This document shows positions 26,770 to 41,517 of a stretch of DNA of 64,000 nucleotides, in pieces. A program made the position numbers and the translations under genes. This DNA is from Paraspadella gotoi (Eukaryota; Animalia; Chaetognatha), in assembly GCA_051294375.1 (NCBI GenBank), contig CM119269.1, forward strand, positions 1,959,601-2,023,600, read 5' to 3'. The notes below the pieces were generated by a model. It saw only the letters and a list, made by a program, of their open reading frames with translations, had not been told where the DNA came from and did not search any database. How positions within the stretch are numbered: position 1 is the stretch's first letter; each line of letters begins with the position of its first letter.

Positions 26770-29700
26770 ATCGCGAGCATTGGCGGTGCGTAATTTGTGA
26801 GAAACACTTCTCTTCCTTTTTTTTCTTTTCTTTCACTCACCCTTAATATACTTTCTTTTTATCGTTTACCTTCTTTTTCTGCTTTTTTCTCTTCTCTTTC
26901 TTTCTTTCTTTGTCTTCAATGTGTTGTATCTTTCTTTACATTATCGTGTGTCACTTCCTTTTTTTTTTCGGCGCATCCAGTCGACAGTTCGTAGGGTGGA
27001 GCAAGGCCCAAAAAGTCCACGAACACCACAATCTTTCCACGTCTCTGATTGAAAAAGGACGACTTGTGAACACTCTGAAACAGCCACGGAAAGACCAGTG
27101 TGTCTCGCTCTCCTCTATTGTCAACGCGGCTTCGTTTCCTCAAACTCCGCGGTTCAAGAGACCTTGGTTTCAAGTCTCTTTGATCTAGTCGGACGCGAAA
27201 AGGACAACCAGTAAGGAGATATGGTTGAGATTGAGAGAGTAAATAAGAAAAAGAAGAGAAAAGTGGAGAAAAATGAGGCAAAGAATACTAGAGAAAAAAG
27301 GAAAGAAGGCACGAACATGTTGTTGAATAAAATTAACGAAGTAAGCGGCAAACCGCAAGGATCGCGACAGGACTCAAGGAAGATAGGAGACAAGTGGGAT
27401 TAGATGACGTGCTATCTCATACTGTTTATCATTCCTGAGTCGGCCAATAAATCTTGTAAAAAAAAGGAAAAAAGGAATATGTATAAAAAAAAAAAAAAGG
27501 AACAAAAAGGTCTTTGGTATATGAATCAAGACGGGAAGACAATTATTAATATAAATATGCGTTAGAGGAAGGCAAGATATAACTATGTAGGCGGAAGCTA
27601 CAAGTCTAGTACATATTAATATAAATTTACTGGCATAATTAATAATTGATATCAAGTCATTTGATCAGAATTTCACCCTGACAAATTTTTTCGGCTCTAA
27701 TATTATCCCGTACTACTTTTCCCTACATAATGGTTCCTTTCTTTCACGTTAACTTTTTCTTCTTACATCCCAGAAAAACATTCTTAAACCGGCGGACCAT
27801 TTATTAACCTATACTCTTAAAATACAAATGAACAACACAAAAAAAACGTCTTTTTCTTTACTATATCTTTTTTCTTTCTCCCGTGTCTTTCTTTTTTAAA
27901 AAGTAATTGAATAATACATTTTCTTACTAAAACACTCGAACAGTCCAAAGAAATAGTTTCTCTTCCTGATACATTGTCTCTCATTTCATAAGGACTAAAA
28001 CAGACAATCTTTTTTCAAAAACGGTATTACTACACATTACCACACTATCTTCTGCATTATATTTCAATCTCATCCTCGAGCCATCTCATCCTACTCTCTC
28101 ACCTTTCCTCCCTTCCCTTATCTCCTCGGCTCCCTCTTCCTCACTATGGTCCACTCTCCGCTCGCTCGGCAAGTTGCTTAAGACTTGGCCCCTCCCCCCC
28201 CCCTCCGACGCGCCACCAAAACCTCACGACTCCAAGGAATAATCTCTAACCGGTCGAGGGCATTCAATCTTTTGCTCGCATTCGGCGGTCGCACCACCTC
28301 CCTTCGCTTCCTATCTAGAAGAGGACAGTGTATTAAAATATTTTTGTTGCCGATTATAACTATGAACACAAAACAAGGATTCGGCGTGGTTTCTTCTTTA
28401 TTAATTAGAAAATTATAGGATTTTTCGTCTTGGTTGCTCGCCCCTTTTCACCCCCTTTCTTACTTCTCTTTTCTTTTCTTGTCTTTTTTTCTTCTCTTCT
28501 CATTTCTCTTTACAATTTGAGCGGCTTTCTATCTTTCTTTCCTCTTTCTTTTCTTTCTCTTTCCTTCTTTCCTTCATTCTTTTCTTCTTTTTCTTTTCAA
28601 TTCTTTTCCTTCTTTTACTTTTTTATGTTAGTTACTTTCTTTTCTCTTTACTTCTTTTTTTTCTAACCTTTTTTCTTCTCTTTTTCTTCTACTCTGGACC
28701 TTTCTTTCTATCTTTTTTTCTCACTTTTCTTCTTTTTCTTTTTTAATATAGCTAATATCTATTCTAAAAACTCGTTTATTTCATACTTTCTTCAATTTCC
28801 TTTTCTTTCTATCTTTTTCGTTATTTCTTTTCTTTACCTTCTAGAAATATCTTCTATTCTCCTCCTTCCGTACACAAATTTTATATCTTGAAAACTTTTA
28901 TAACATTATTATTATCACCGAAATACTAACTTTCATCTTTTTCCTCAACTATATCTCTTTTTTTCTTTTTTATACCTATTATCTTTTCATACATATAATT
29001 AATCACCACATACTTACTAAAATTCAAATCTTCCTTTGTTAACATACGTGTTTCTTTCTTTCTTTCAATTTCTTGTCTTTATATATAATGCTTGCTTACA
29101 AAAAACATTCTTCTTTGTTTCTATAATTTCACTACGTTCATTTCTTTCTTTCTTTCTTTCTTTTTTTCTAATACTCTTTTCCCCTTTTCCTTTTGCTCAT
29201 TTCATAATATATATATTACCACTTCGGCAGTACAGATTTTACTTCTTTCCATATATTATTTTTCTTTTTCTTTAAGTTTTCTTTTCTTTCCTATCTTTCT
29301 TTTATTTCTCTTTCTTTCTTTCTTTCTTTTCTTTCTTTCTTTCTTTTCTAAATTTTCTATTCATTTCTTTTGTTTCCTTATCTTCTCAAATCAACTTTAA
29401 CACATAACCCACTATGTAAAATACGCCTCTCTTCCTTATTTTATCTCAAATTAGCCATCTCCAAAATACCAACTAAGAATCTCTCTAATTTCATAGCACT
29501 TCGGCTCACAATCTGATCTCTATATTTTCATATAGATGACAATATTCTATTCCGAAAACAGTGGGGTTTCCGCGTGATGAGCGATACTTCGTGGCAAATG
29601 GGACATCTGATACGGCGAGAGGTGTGTTAAATTGGAGAAGAGAGACTCGTGAGCGACACTGACTTGATTAAAATATCCTTTTTGATCAAAAACAAACAAG

Positions 29701-31840
29701 TATTCCTCTCTTTTGTTTTTGCATGTGTTCCTTCGAGTTGCTCGTCTCGTCATCTTCTCTTTAATTTATCGTTGCTTTCTCCTCACGACTCGTGACGAAA
29801 AATTTATAAAAACCGTTGTCGATGAATAATATGAGCACAGCAGAAAAGATGACTCAAGAGAGAGAGAGAGATGAGGTAGATGTTTTGCTTATACATAGAT
29901 GCTTCAACGTTAATACTCATCCATTCTGTTTCCTCTTTGCAAATAATTTACCATAAAATGAATCTCATCACAGCCGGTCCTCGTAGCGCCAGTAATACAA
30001 GCGACGTTTGTTTTTTTCTATCTCTCCCCAAAACAATAATGCAAAGTGATTAATTGCCCTCGCGAATAATAAAACCTCCTTTATCTCGAAAGCTATAATC
30101 ACTTAGGCACGTGGAACTATTTTTACTGTTTGACTGTTCCAATGTAAAAACGATATGAGCAAAATATAAAAAAAACGAAAGTCTACACTCTAAGCGGAAT
30201 AACAGTACTCTTCTTTTATTTCCGCCGACTGAGTAGAAGGGCAAGTGATCAAACATTTCGCAGCGGTTTTTCGCTCTGGCTTTCGCTAAATAACACGATA
30301 GAAACCGAAAACCTCGTCAGCCCATATTCGGGTATTTTCACTTTTTTCGACTCGTGTGTCGCATCATGAATCGGTCACTGGTCGGAAACGTCCGGAAGGT
30401 TCCTTCCGAAACAAGTGTTCTTTTTTATTTTTAAATTTTTAACTTGATAAACATACCTCTTTTCATGTAAGACGGCAACAAACAGAGATAACGGAAAAAA
30501 CCAAAGCACCTATAGCTCTTTACGTATATCTGACATGACTCCTGTAAGAAAGACGATAAAAACATTTGCTATAATCAATAAAATCGCGATGCCTGTTACT
30601 CTTTTCGTTATGTGTTGATAGTTAAATTCTCTATATTTAATAAAATCTGTAAAATAGAGAAGTCACCAACTAAATCCGTTAAATTATTTCTTGCAAATAT
30701 ACATCATCTCGAGTTAGATATGTTTTTTCGTTTAACTATATCGTGGTAATTTATCTTTTCTCGTTTTTGCAGTATGGTGAGGAACATGACTCTATCTTTT
30801 AATTTATCTTTGTTTAATCTCTTAACAAAAACAAATACTTCCTACGCTACTTAGGAAAGATTTGTATTTTTATGTTGATATCGACCTTCTCTATATTTCT
30901 CTCAGTCTTAATCCGATTTTATAGTCCAGCTTTTATCCTTCATCCTAACTCTCAACCGGAGTTAATAAAGTTCATAAAAAATGAACAGAAGTTGATAAAT
31001 AACTCGAGTACACCATGGTAATATACGAACTTCTTACAATCCTAATGGCTCTCCCTAAAAAGGAGTAATGACGAAACAAGACCCTGCTCCTTAAACAATG
31101 ATAAGTCCAAGCACACCAGACAAGATATGCGAGGTGTCTTCCCCCTTTTTTCTCTCCAATGTATTTAATTGACAGGAATATGAGTGAGCACCAGAATCTT
31201 TGAATAAAAAAAGAAATATACGAAAGTGCATAGACCTGTGTTGTGTGGTCTGGACCATCCGCCCTATAGAAGGGTATGGGTCCTCAAAAAAACAAGATTA
31301 ATAAAAAAAAGCTCTTACGATGGTATATTATACTAGACACCACTCAAGACACTCCTCGTTCCATACATAAAAACGCTGTAAACCTTACGCGCGCCCAGAC
31401 GATATCTCTACTCCCAAGTAGCGTTAGTTTACGTATATTTTGTGATTATATTCCACACTCTCTCCAATCAACCAAAAAGAATTTAAAACACGCATTCTTT
31501 GTTGCAAAGCCCTTTCTTAAACTGAGAGAAAGAGCCCACCTTGGACTAAAAAAAGTTAAAATAACAATTAATAACATCCTTCCTCAAACAATTAATATTC
31601 GCTACACTCCTTGAGAGACATAAAAAACGATCTATTTCTCTTAATGTAGAAATAAGAGTGACATATAATACCTAAAGGATGTCTGAGAATACTTTACTGT
31701 GCAAAATGCTTACTCATCGAGGACGTGCAATTCCTCATGCTTGGACTCCCCAATTGTCAGTCGCGTTATCTAACTCGACTCGGCGGAAAAGTCGGCGCCC
31801 CGATCATAATCTCGACTCTCCCTGGACCCTCGATGACAGG
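26770..31840 (+). other. Noisy copy of 20094-23220 interleaved with satellite fragments (chimeric consensus)
   Basis: Anchors: 27120/20446 gtcaacgcggct, 28250/21333 gagggcat..caatct, 30385/22459 gaaacgtc.ggaag, 31785/23170 gaaaagtcggcgccc. Satellite motifs intrude near 29670 and 30780. Confidence 0.8.
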
Positions 31841-31849
31841 AGAGGCAGT

Positions 31850-34600
31850 TGTGAAGAGGGCAGGACACGTTATCTAATATCTTTTTATCGCAAAACTCAG
31901 ACAGGCAAGAAATTTCGCGTGTTCTATTGAGATATAGATGAGGATGTGCATATGTCTCCTTCTCTCTCTCTTTTGCAGTCTTTGGAAGAAGACAATGTTT
32001 ATGTTAGCTCTTCCTCTAACTCTCAATAGATAAGAAAAACGAGACGTTTACTACACATGAAAACGACTTTTTCTCTCGAAAAAGAGTATTCGAAAAACTT
32101 TAAAAATACCATAACAGACAACGCATTTTTTATTTTTACTTTCCCAATATAAAAAGCGAAATTAAAAACTTTAGAAAAAACAAGAACAAACGCTAGCACA
32201 AACCGTCTTTTTTTTCCAATGTAAAAAGATGTTCAAAAGAACAACGAAGCGACGAGAGCAGGAGAAAGCAGTAGAAGAGAGACGAGTCATAAACAACTTT
32301 CTAAAGATAAAAGAGTAATAAATCGGTTAAATACGAGCCGGGCAGACGATATTTCCAAGAACTCGACGAGGAACGATGAACAACTTTTAAAAACCAAAGA
32401 AAAACGCTTTTTCCAATGCGTGAGAAAAGAGCATAAACACCATTTCTAAAACACCGGAAAACGATTATATTTTTCAAAATTAAACAAAAAATGAAAAACC
32501 GTTAAAATACTTCTGCAAATACAACCATCCATCAGAGGTTGTTTTAAAAATTGGGGATCGGTACTGAGGTCAGGACAGTTCAGGTTCCGGCGATATTAAC
32601 AGAGTGAATATCTTCGGGGTTATCGAACAAGACAAAAAACAAACAGTTTGCCTCTACTTTTTATTGGTATTTACGTCTCTCTCTCTCTCTCTTTATTCTT
32701 CTCCTTTAGAATTATTAGCTACGCCTTTCCTGCTCACTCTCAAAGGCAAAGATACCATAATACGTTGCGGTGCTAGAGATACCACCAGAAAGACGACTTG
32801 TTTTCCTCGTGTAAAAAGAGTATGCAAACACTTCGTATAAAAAAAAACAGCGTACAACACGATTTTCGATTCCAATGCTGGAAAGAAAGAGAGATAAATG
32901 AGGAGGCAACTTAAAAAAAAAAACCGGCAAACGCTTTTTTACAATCGTAAAAGAGCTTAAAAACACACCAGATAAACGACAAGGAGTTCGGAGAAACTTT
33001 TCTAAAGTACAAAAGTGATTAAAAACGTCTTTAGAAACTACAGCGGCAGCACGAGAATACAAGCAATGAGCGTGAGGATGGAGGTGAGAGAGGAGAGCCG
33101 AGACTGAAGAGTGAGGAAACGTAAAATAAAACAACTTTAACAATAGCAGAAAGCCATGAATACATCTATATTCACCGTCTTAATCTCCGCCTTTTCTGCT
33201 TTGAATGAAAGGTATGACCTGGATTGAAACAAGAAGAAATATTGTCTCGGTAAACACCCGGAAGTCCCTATATAATATTAAAAACACAAATTATTCTCTC
33301 CTAACAAGCAAACAGAGAAATTAAAACCAATAGTTAAATATAACACTTCCTGGGCAGATTATAAATGTAAACATTCCATCAGACGGTTGTTAAAATTGCT
33401 GATATTATGTTTGTTCCTCAAATACAAAATTGAGACAGTTAATATAAATTTCTAAAATAACTTTAATATAAAGGTCTTAAATAACAAATATACTCGAAAT
33501 TTTTCCGTGCGTGTGTGGAGTGGGGTGTGTAGATACATAACATTCTCAAATACAATCTCAATGTTTTCTCTATTTAACAGATGTGTGTATGCTCCAGCTT
33601 TTCTCTCTCAAAATACTCAATAGAAATAAAAGAACTCATTTATAAAGCTATGTAATAAAAAAATAAGAAGAATTTTTTTTAGGAGAATACACCAGAGAAA
33701 AGAGGAAGGAGGGAACGGGACTGATTGAGTATCATGATGGAGGAGAGACAGTTTAAAAGGAAAGATATTCGAAATAACTTTGAGAGAAATAACCAGAAAC
33801 GAGTAGCAAGGCATTTTTCTTACCAATGTAAAAAAGAAGTAAAAGAAACGTGGATTGAAAAAAAAAAGCGCAAATCGTTATTTTGATCCAATGAGAAAAG
33901 TAAAAAGCCAGACGATGAGTACGTTAAAAAACACCGATAAAACGACCTTTTCGTAAAGCTTACAAAGTCATGTAAGAAACGTTAAATACACCGCAGATCG
34001 ACCGATTTCCAGAAGAAAGAAAGGAGGTAGGAGATAGACAACTATTAAACTCAAGAAAATCGCTTTTTCCATGCTAAACAAGAGGATAAATAAATTGTGC
34101 AGTAAACACACCGGAAAGACAGAGACTATGGTATTGTGCAACGAAGAAAAAGAGCAGAGGAATAAAAACGTTAAATACTTGCTGACAATACATCATCAGA
34201 TGGTTGTTTAAAATTGGAATGTTTGAGACAGTTATAACATATCTTTTTATCAAAACACAACAATATTTCCTCTCTTATTGCAAGAGACTATTATTTACTG
34301 TTCTCCTATCGTACTCTCTCTTTTCGTCATTTAAGTAGGTTAGACGTAAATGTAGGAGACCTTATCTCATCGAAGCATCTCACAAGGAAGGAACGGTAGA
34401 AGAACAAGAAGAAAGCATGTTAAGAGACTACAGAACACAAGAGAAGAAAGCGAGAACGTGTATTTCTCTACTGAGAAGATGATAGAAAAGAGTATGGAGA
34501 AAAATAACTGTTAGAGATAAAGAAAGAAAAAGAAAATAAAAAACACTTCAGTGAAAAATCAAGAATATTTCTCTTTGCGTTTCCATGTGTGGTAGACACA
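31850..34600. repeat. Further degraded copies of the AT-rich satellite
   Basis: The gacagtt...atctttt...caaaac motif recurs near 31860, 32570, 33430 and 34225, with the same ttttccaatgtaaaa subrepeats. Confidence 0.75.
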
Positions 34601-35539
34601 GAAGAAAGGAGGTGACAAGCGACGGTGACGCGCGATTTATGCCGTCTCTAGTAAGGCGTAGTGAAAGTAATATAAATACTTTACTAAAAAAACTCTCGTG
34701 CAAACATCTAATTTCTCGATGTAAAAAAAAATATAAAAAAAATACACAATCCTCGAGATAAACTGGAGACATCTATATGTCATAAACAATTAATTATATG
34801 TTCTCTTTACTCCTTCTTTTGTCTTCGCAGCTAGGCCTAGGTATTCTAAAAGTGTGACATAATAAAAAACGTATTCTCATATATAGTAATAACAATGTCG
34901 CAAAATTTCAAAAATAGGCTTTCATTAACTTTTTGATTGCAGATTTGAATTCCTCGTCAAAAAGTTGATAAAAGAACAATAGCTAAATCATTTTCTAAAA
35001 ATTATTTCATTAAGTGCGGTTAAAAAATTTAAAAAAAAACTATATTTAATATATTAACAAAAAGTTAATTTTCAGCTTTAAAATATAGCTTTTTCTAATT
35101 TTTTTGACCCCAACTTAATGAAGGAAATTTTTTCAAAAAAGTTATATTTCTTTTATCAACTTTTCTATGCACGAATCCAAATCTGCAAAAAAATCTTAGT
35201 AAAAAACTGCTTTTTGACTCTTTAACATTATTGGTTTAGTACTAGTATACAATATGGCCCCATACTGCTCGTGAATTGCTAAAATCTTATTATAAATTTT
35301 TATTACAGTAAATGTTTCAATTTAGTACTAATGTTGTTCGTTCCTCATTTTTAGAATTTTAATTAAAGTTAATTTAGACAAATTCATCTACTTACGCCTT
35401 ATTATGGGTAGGGGGGGTGGGCGTTGGGATGAGGCGAGGGGAGGTGAGAGACTCGCAGTGATTATCGCATCACCTTCGCGACTCTGGGTCATCTTGATGA
35501 GATTTATCATCAAGGGAGGCGTCGGCTTCGGTGTCGTCT

Positions 35540-35592
<53 letters not shown>

Positions 35593-38346
35593 CTCCTCCG
35601 TCTCGTCTTCTCGGGCCGAGAGAGAAACAAGTTTTTGATCAAGTTGATGATGCAGACGAAGAGGAGAGTCCATCGCCGACTTGAGATTGGAACTAAGTTG
35701 GAGGCGGAGGGAGGGGGGGAGGGAGGGAGGTAGGGAAGGGGAGAGGAAGAAAAGGGGGATGGAATGTGGAATCGTTGGGTGTGAGGGTTAAAAAGAATTG
35801 AGAGAAACTGGGAAGAAAGAGAAGAAGCTTTTCCTGGATACTGATACCCCTCAATACGAAACTTAAGGACCCTTTTTACATTATATGCTATTGCAATTTT
35901 GAGAGTTTCCTCGGGCGATGAAAAAGAAAGAAAAAACAAAGAAGGAGCAACCATCGAACGACGACAACGACTTGGACATTCGTCTTCCTTTCGAGATTAA
36001 AAGAAAACGAATAAGTCCCTGAGAGAATCGAGCGCCGGCGGAGAAGACAAAGGTTAATTTTGGGTCTGAAGCGAAGGGCGATCGCGTGGGGAAAGGAAAG
36101 GAGGAAAGAAGGAAAGGAGTGGAGGAAGAGAGAAGGAAATGAAAAAAGGAGGAAGGAACGAAGAGAGGAAAGGAGGAAGAAAGAAGGAAGGGAGAGGAGA
36201 AAAGGAAAGAAGCGAAAAAAATTCGCGTAGGAGGAATAGAAAGATGGACAGAAATGTAGAAAATGCATAGACGAGGAAGTAAAGGGAAAAGAAAAAAGAA
36301 AAAAAGAAAAAAAGAAAAAAAAGGGTTAGAAAAGTATAGAAAAGAGAGAAAGTGGGAGGGACGAATCTCACCGGATGCGTTGATGAGAAAGTGGGAGGGA
36401 CGAATCCCGAACCAGATTGGCGATGCATACGAACAAGGCTTTGCGAAATGAGGAAAAACCAATCAGAATCAGATTATAACGCGCGGAGATTTGAAACAAG
36501 TGAAAGGAGGCCCTCAGGTAATGGACGTGGGAGAGAGAGAGAGAGAGCAGAGAGAGGAAGAGAGAGAGAGAATGGATGAGACGAGAGAGAGCGAGAGAGA
36601 GAGAGAGGAGAGACGAAGAGAAGAGGACGAGACGAGAAGAGAGACGAGAGAGAGAGAGAGTGATGGGTAAAAGGGTCGGTTTGCGCTGCATTTNNNNNNN
36701 NNNNNNNNNNNNNNNNNNTTTTTTTTTTCTTTTTTTCAAAGGAATTTTTTTTCTTCTTTCTGAACTAAGCAAAGAAACGAGTTTTGGCGCGAGAACGATT
36801 ATTACTTCCTTTACTGTCCAACAAAAAAAAAAAGAAAAAGAAAAAAAGAGGAAAGAAAATTCGGTCCCCAGAGTCTGTGGACGATTTACCCTTTTTTCCG
36901 CGTTTTGACGTCGCACGAGCCAAGTTGACGACGACGACGACGACGACTAAAAAAGTTTTTCTCGGCTTCCATAATGAAAAAATGTTATGGAGTAGAAAAG
37001 ATGAACGTTAAATGGAATGATAATATAAACCGGAGCGAATCGCTTACTGCGTTTATGGGAGATCCATTTCGCGAGGTGAGTTTCTTTAGCCAAGATATTT
37101 GGCGCGCGAAGGGGGGGGGGAAGGGGAAGGCAAGGCTCGGGAGAAATGGATTAGCGTCGTGGGTGGAGGGTTGGAAGTCGGGGTTAGGGAAACGGCTTAC
37201 CCTCTCGAGAAGGAAGAGGCGCGGGCCGGGATTCGATGCTAAACCATTTGTCCGGTTTTAGCGCGAGAAAAAAAAAGTTTTCGTTTGGAATCGTTAAAAG
37301 CGGACGAATCATGGTTTTCACTCGATTGGGCGATTCAGTGAAGATACGGGTTTTTTTTCATGCTTATGTCATCTTGGATAGGTGTGAATGTAATCTGCTA
37401 CTTGTGACGTTAAGACGATAATACTAATGGTCAACCTTTAAGTTTATCTATGGATTCTTTTATTTAGATCCTTAAATCTGAGGATGATAACTCCGAATGA
37501 CTTAAATTAATAGCTCTAAATGAGACTACCGTTTTCTTCGCCTGATCTGTCCGCGAACTCAAATTAGAAATTTATATCACTTGGTTTGGATAGTTTTCTC
37601 TTTCGCTAAATTGAACAGATTCTTGTCTCTCTACAAACCTTCTCGGTCTCAGGAAGCGAGCGCAAAGTGAGCGAAATATATGCAGATGAGTTTGGCCGAA
37701 ACGAAAGGGTGGCCCGGATTGCAGATGGTCGCGGGGAAATGGAGGCAACGTAAAGAGGGATTCCGAAAGATTATGAACAATTTACGCGAGTAATCGATGC
37801 TGAGCCGAGGATAAAAAGGAAGGAGGAAGAAGAGGAGGAGGAAGAGAAGGAGGAGGAGGAGAATCGATTGAAAAAAGTCGAGATTAGAAAGAAGGATAAA
37901 ATAAAGTCGAGATAAATGAGAAATAGAGCGAAATGAAAGATGAATTAAAGATGAATGAAATTAATTAAAGAGTTAGAATGTTATTTAAAGCCGTTAACTT
38001 TGAGAGAAAGATCTGTAATCTTTTTTTGGTAATTTACTTTTTTTTAAAACCATCTTTATTAATAACGTGATCGTTACTTTGGTCATAATATACTGATTTA
38101 CGTTAGATTGGAAAAAAAATGAGAAAAAAATGAAGGAGATAAAGAAATTGTCTCGAGAGAAAAGGGCTACTCCGTCAGTCTATCACCTGTCCCTGACCGT
38201 GGGAGACGAACGACGACGACGACGACGACGATTAGGAGGAAGAAGAGGACGAAGACGACGACGACAAGTCATAATCGGGGCGACCCTCGACCGCAGATTA
38301 ACCCTTGGGACGAGTAAACATCCGGGGGGACCTGAGGAGTTTGCAG

Positions 38347-38378
<32 letters not shown>

Positions 38379-38689
38379 AGAGGAGGATAAAAAGTGAAAA
38401 AGGAAGTGAAGTATCTTGAGAGTGTAAAGGGATGCGCCCAGAGAAAGGAAATGATGAATAACGAGGAAAAACTCTTTCGGTCGGTTTGAAGAAAGAAGGA
38501 AAATGGAAAAAGAAGGAAAGGAAAGGAAAGGAAAGGAAAGGAAAGGANNNNNNNNNNNNNNNNNNNNNNNNNAGGAGGAATGTAGGAGAAAGAGAAAGGA
38601 AGGAAAGAAAGAAAGGAAAGAGGAAAGAAAGAAAGGAGAAGGGAAACGATAAGAAAGAAAGGAAAAGGAAAAGGCTATTGAAAAGGAAA

Positions 38690-41236
38690 GGAAAGGAAGG
38701 AAAGGAAAGAAAGGAAAGGAAGAAAATAGAGCAATTGGAAGTTAAGCGCGAGTAAACGAATGGCGAAACCAGGTTATCAAACTTCAATTTTGTCACCTCA
38801 AATCACACGTAAAAATTTTAAAACTTTCATTTAAGAGTTTTCTTAATAGTTTACTAATGTTATTTTGCAAAATATGTCACTGAGTTTTTATTCTGGACAA
38901 TTTTCTCTGTCGTGTTCGTCGTCTCGTCGTCGTCGTCGTCGTCGTCTCTTTCGCTGTTCCGCCGACGGACCTTCCCAAAAATCGTGCACTGCCTGGACCG
39001 CGTTTTGTGCAGCTTGATATGCTGCGGCGAAGCAGCGGGCGATTGCAGCAACCGTCCCACACGTCACCGCCGCATTCTCGGTTGGCCGATGGAGGTGTCG
39101 AACGTCGACCTAGGATGTCGGGTCACGAGTTTGAATCCGCGCCTCGGCTATTGGTCGAGAGACGTATGAAGAACGACGACGACGGACTGACGATGACCGG
39201 CGACGATGACGACTGACAGAGGTAACTATTTTAATTAAGATTCACTTTTTTGAATCGAATGGTATTTGCATAAAACAAAACACAAATAAAACCAAAAAAA
39301 AAGGAAACAGATAATTGAAAATGATATACGTATTTGAAACTGATGGCGGTTAAAACATTATGCTCCTTTTTACGCACCAGAAAACAAAGGCCCAGAATTT
39401 CCTTAACCCTTTGATAGCGAACGTTTTAAACAGTTTTTTAAAACGCGGGCAAAAACAAACTTTTAGAAAAAAAAGAAGAAAATAAGTGAAAAAATATAGG
39501 AGGGAAGAATTTCCTCTTTCTACGTCTCACTACCAGCACTCGTTATGCTTCGGTTGTCGAAGGAAATCTCAGGTAGTTTGAAAAGTCTCTCTCTCTCTCT
39601 CTCTCCTCTCTCTCTTCCTCTCTCTCTCTCTTCGTCTCTCTCTCTCTCTCTCTCTCTCTTCCTCTCTCTCTTCTCTCTCTCTCTCTTCACTTCCCTTTCT
39701 CTTGCTTATGGCGCGGCAAATTCTGCATGTGTGAAAACACTTTTTTTCGGCGTCGTCTGCTCCCGTCGCTTTGTGCGCTGCGAGTGGTCCAAGTCTTTGA
39801 ACGGTCTCCGAGGAGAATTCTGAGGCATTCGACGTCATAACCACCCGGCGGGGGTGGTGAGGGCTGAGGTGGGGGCGGGGGTGGATGACGGGGCGTGACC
39901 GTGAACCGGCTGTGGTGGCGGGGCGGGGGATGGCTGAAGGAGGTTTAAGTGAGGCGAAAGCGGTGGACGTGCTGTTGCGGGTCGTGCATGGGGGACTGTC
40001 ATGGTTTTAGAAAGTGCTGATTACTACTGTTTTTGTCAAGTTCTACGTACATGATATGAATGAGTTTAACCGTGAATTCGATTTTAAAGAACCTTGACTG
40101 CATTTAGAAAGTAGATATTTATAGTCTTCAGATTATATATATTAAAAATTATTGAACATTCATTTGGACCGGAAACATTCTGAGGAATCGTGAATTTTCA
40201 GAAGGCTGTGATGTGCAGCCAAGGGAAGCGATTTTTTTTGTGGTCGTTTAGAGGGAACAGAAGGAACTCCGGGTGCAGCATGGTGAGGCATGCGTTGGTC
40301 CAGTCGGCATGGAGATAAGGGAATCAGGGCTGCGGAGATGATGTCGAGTGTTCAACCTTGTATTTGCACTTCGGGATTTCGGTGGAGGTGGTTAAGAGAG
40401 ATTGCGTGAGGTTAGAGCACGAGATGCATGTTGAGGAATAAAAAGAAAAGCAAAGAGGAGAGTATAATGAGAAACAAGAATAGAATTTCAAATGTTTGTC
40501 TTGCGCCGCAGTGACGTTGGTCAGGTGCCCGTTTATTTGCCGGGTATATTTTCCACATTACTGCATTGGCATAACGATTTTTATTTTTTTTTAGTGTAGA
40601 TGAGATTTAAAAAATAACCAATTGGCAGAAATTTACCGAGCGGACCGACAGGACGGACAGACCGACCGAGACGTGTATTATAGAGTTGCTCCGTAAGAGT
40701 AAAGGTAAAGTAAAGACAACGGTGTGGGGGGTCGAGAATAATAGTCAGAGATGAATAGTCCTGGTTGAAGAAAGAGGAGAAAGATGAATGTTTCGTAGAG
40801 AGGGAAGTAACAGAGGAGATGCTGAGGCTCAGCGTCGGGGCAGGCAGTTATGAGGTGCGTTGTAAGTGTCTTAAGAGGCGCGCGCGGTGGTAGCGGCGGA
40901 TGGCCTGCATCCGATGTCGAGGCGGTTGCGTGCACGTCGTTTCACGCAGTGGGCGCTGGCGCGTTGAACTGACCCGAGGCGCGTCGCGAGTCGCGCAGTG
41001 TGCTGTGGGAAAGGAAAGGAAAGGAAAGGAAAGGAAAGGAAAGAAGAGAGCAATTGAAGATTAAAGCGCGAGTAAATATGTAATGGCGAAACCAGGTTAT
41101 CAATTCAAATTTGTCACCCTCAAATCACACGTAAAAATTTTAAAACTTTCATTTAAGAGTTTTCTTAATAGTTTACTAATTATTTCGCAAAATATGTCAC
41201 TGAGATTTTTAATTCTGGACATTTTCTCTGTCGTGT

Positions 41237-41268
<32 letters not shown>

Positions 41269-41485
41269 TCTTCTTTCCCCAATCGACCTTCCCAAAAATC
41301 GTCACTGCTGACCGCGTTTTGCTGCAGCTGATATGCTGCGGCGAAGCAGCGGCGATGCAGCAACCTCCCACACGGTCACCGCCGCATCGGTGGCCGAGAG
41401 GTCAGAACGTCGACCTAGGGATGTCCGGGTCACGAGTTTGAATCCGCGCCTCGGCTATTGGTCGAGAAGACGATAAGAACGACGA

Positions 41486-41517
<32 letters not shown>

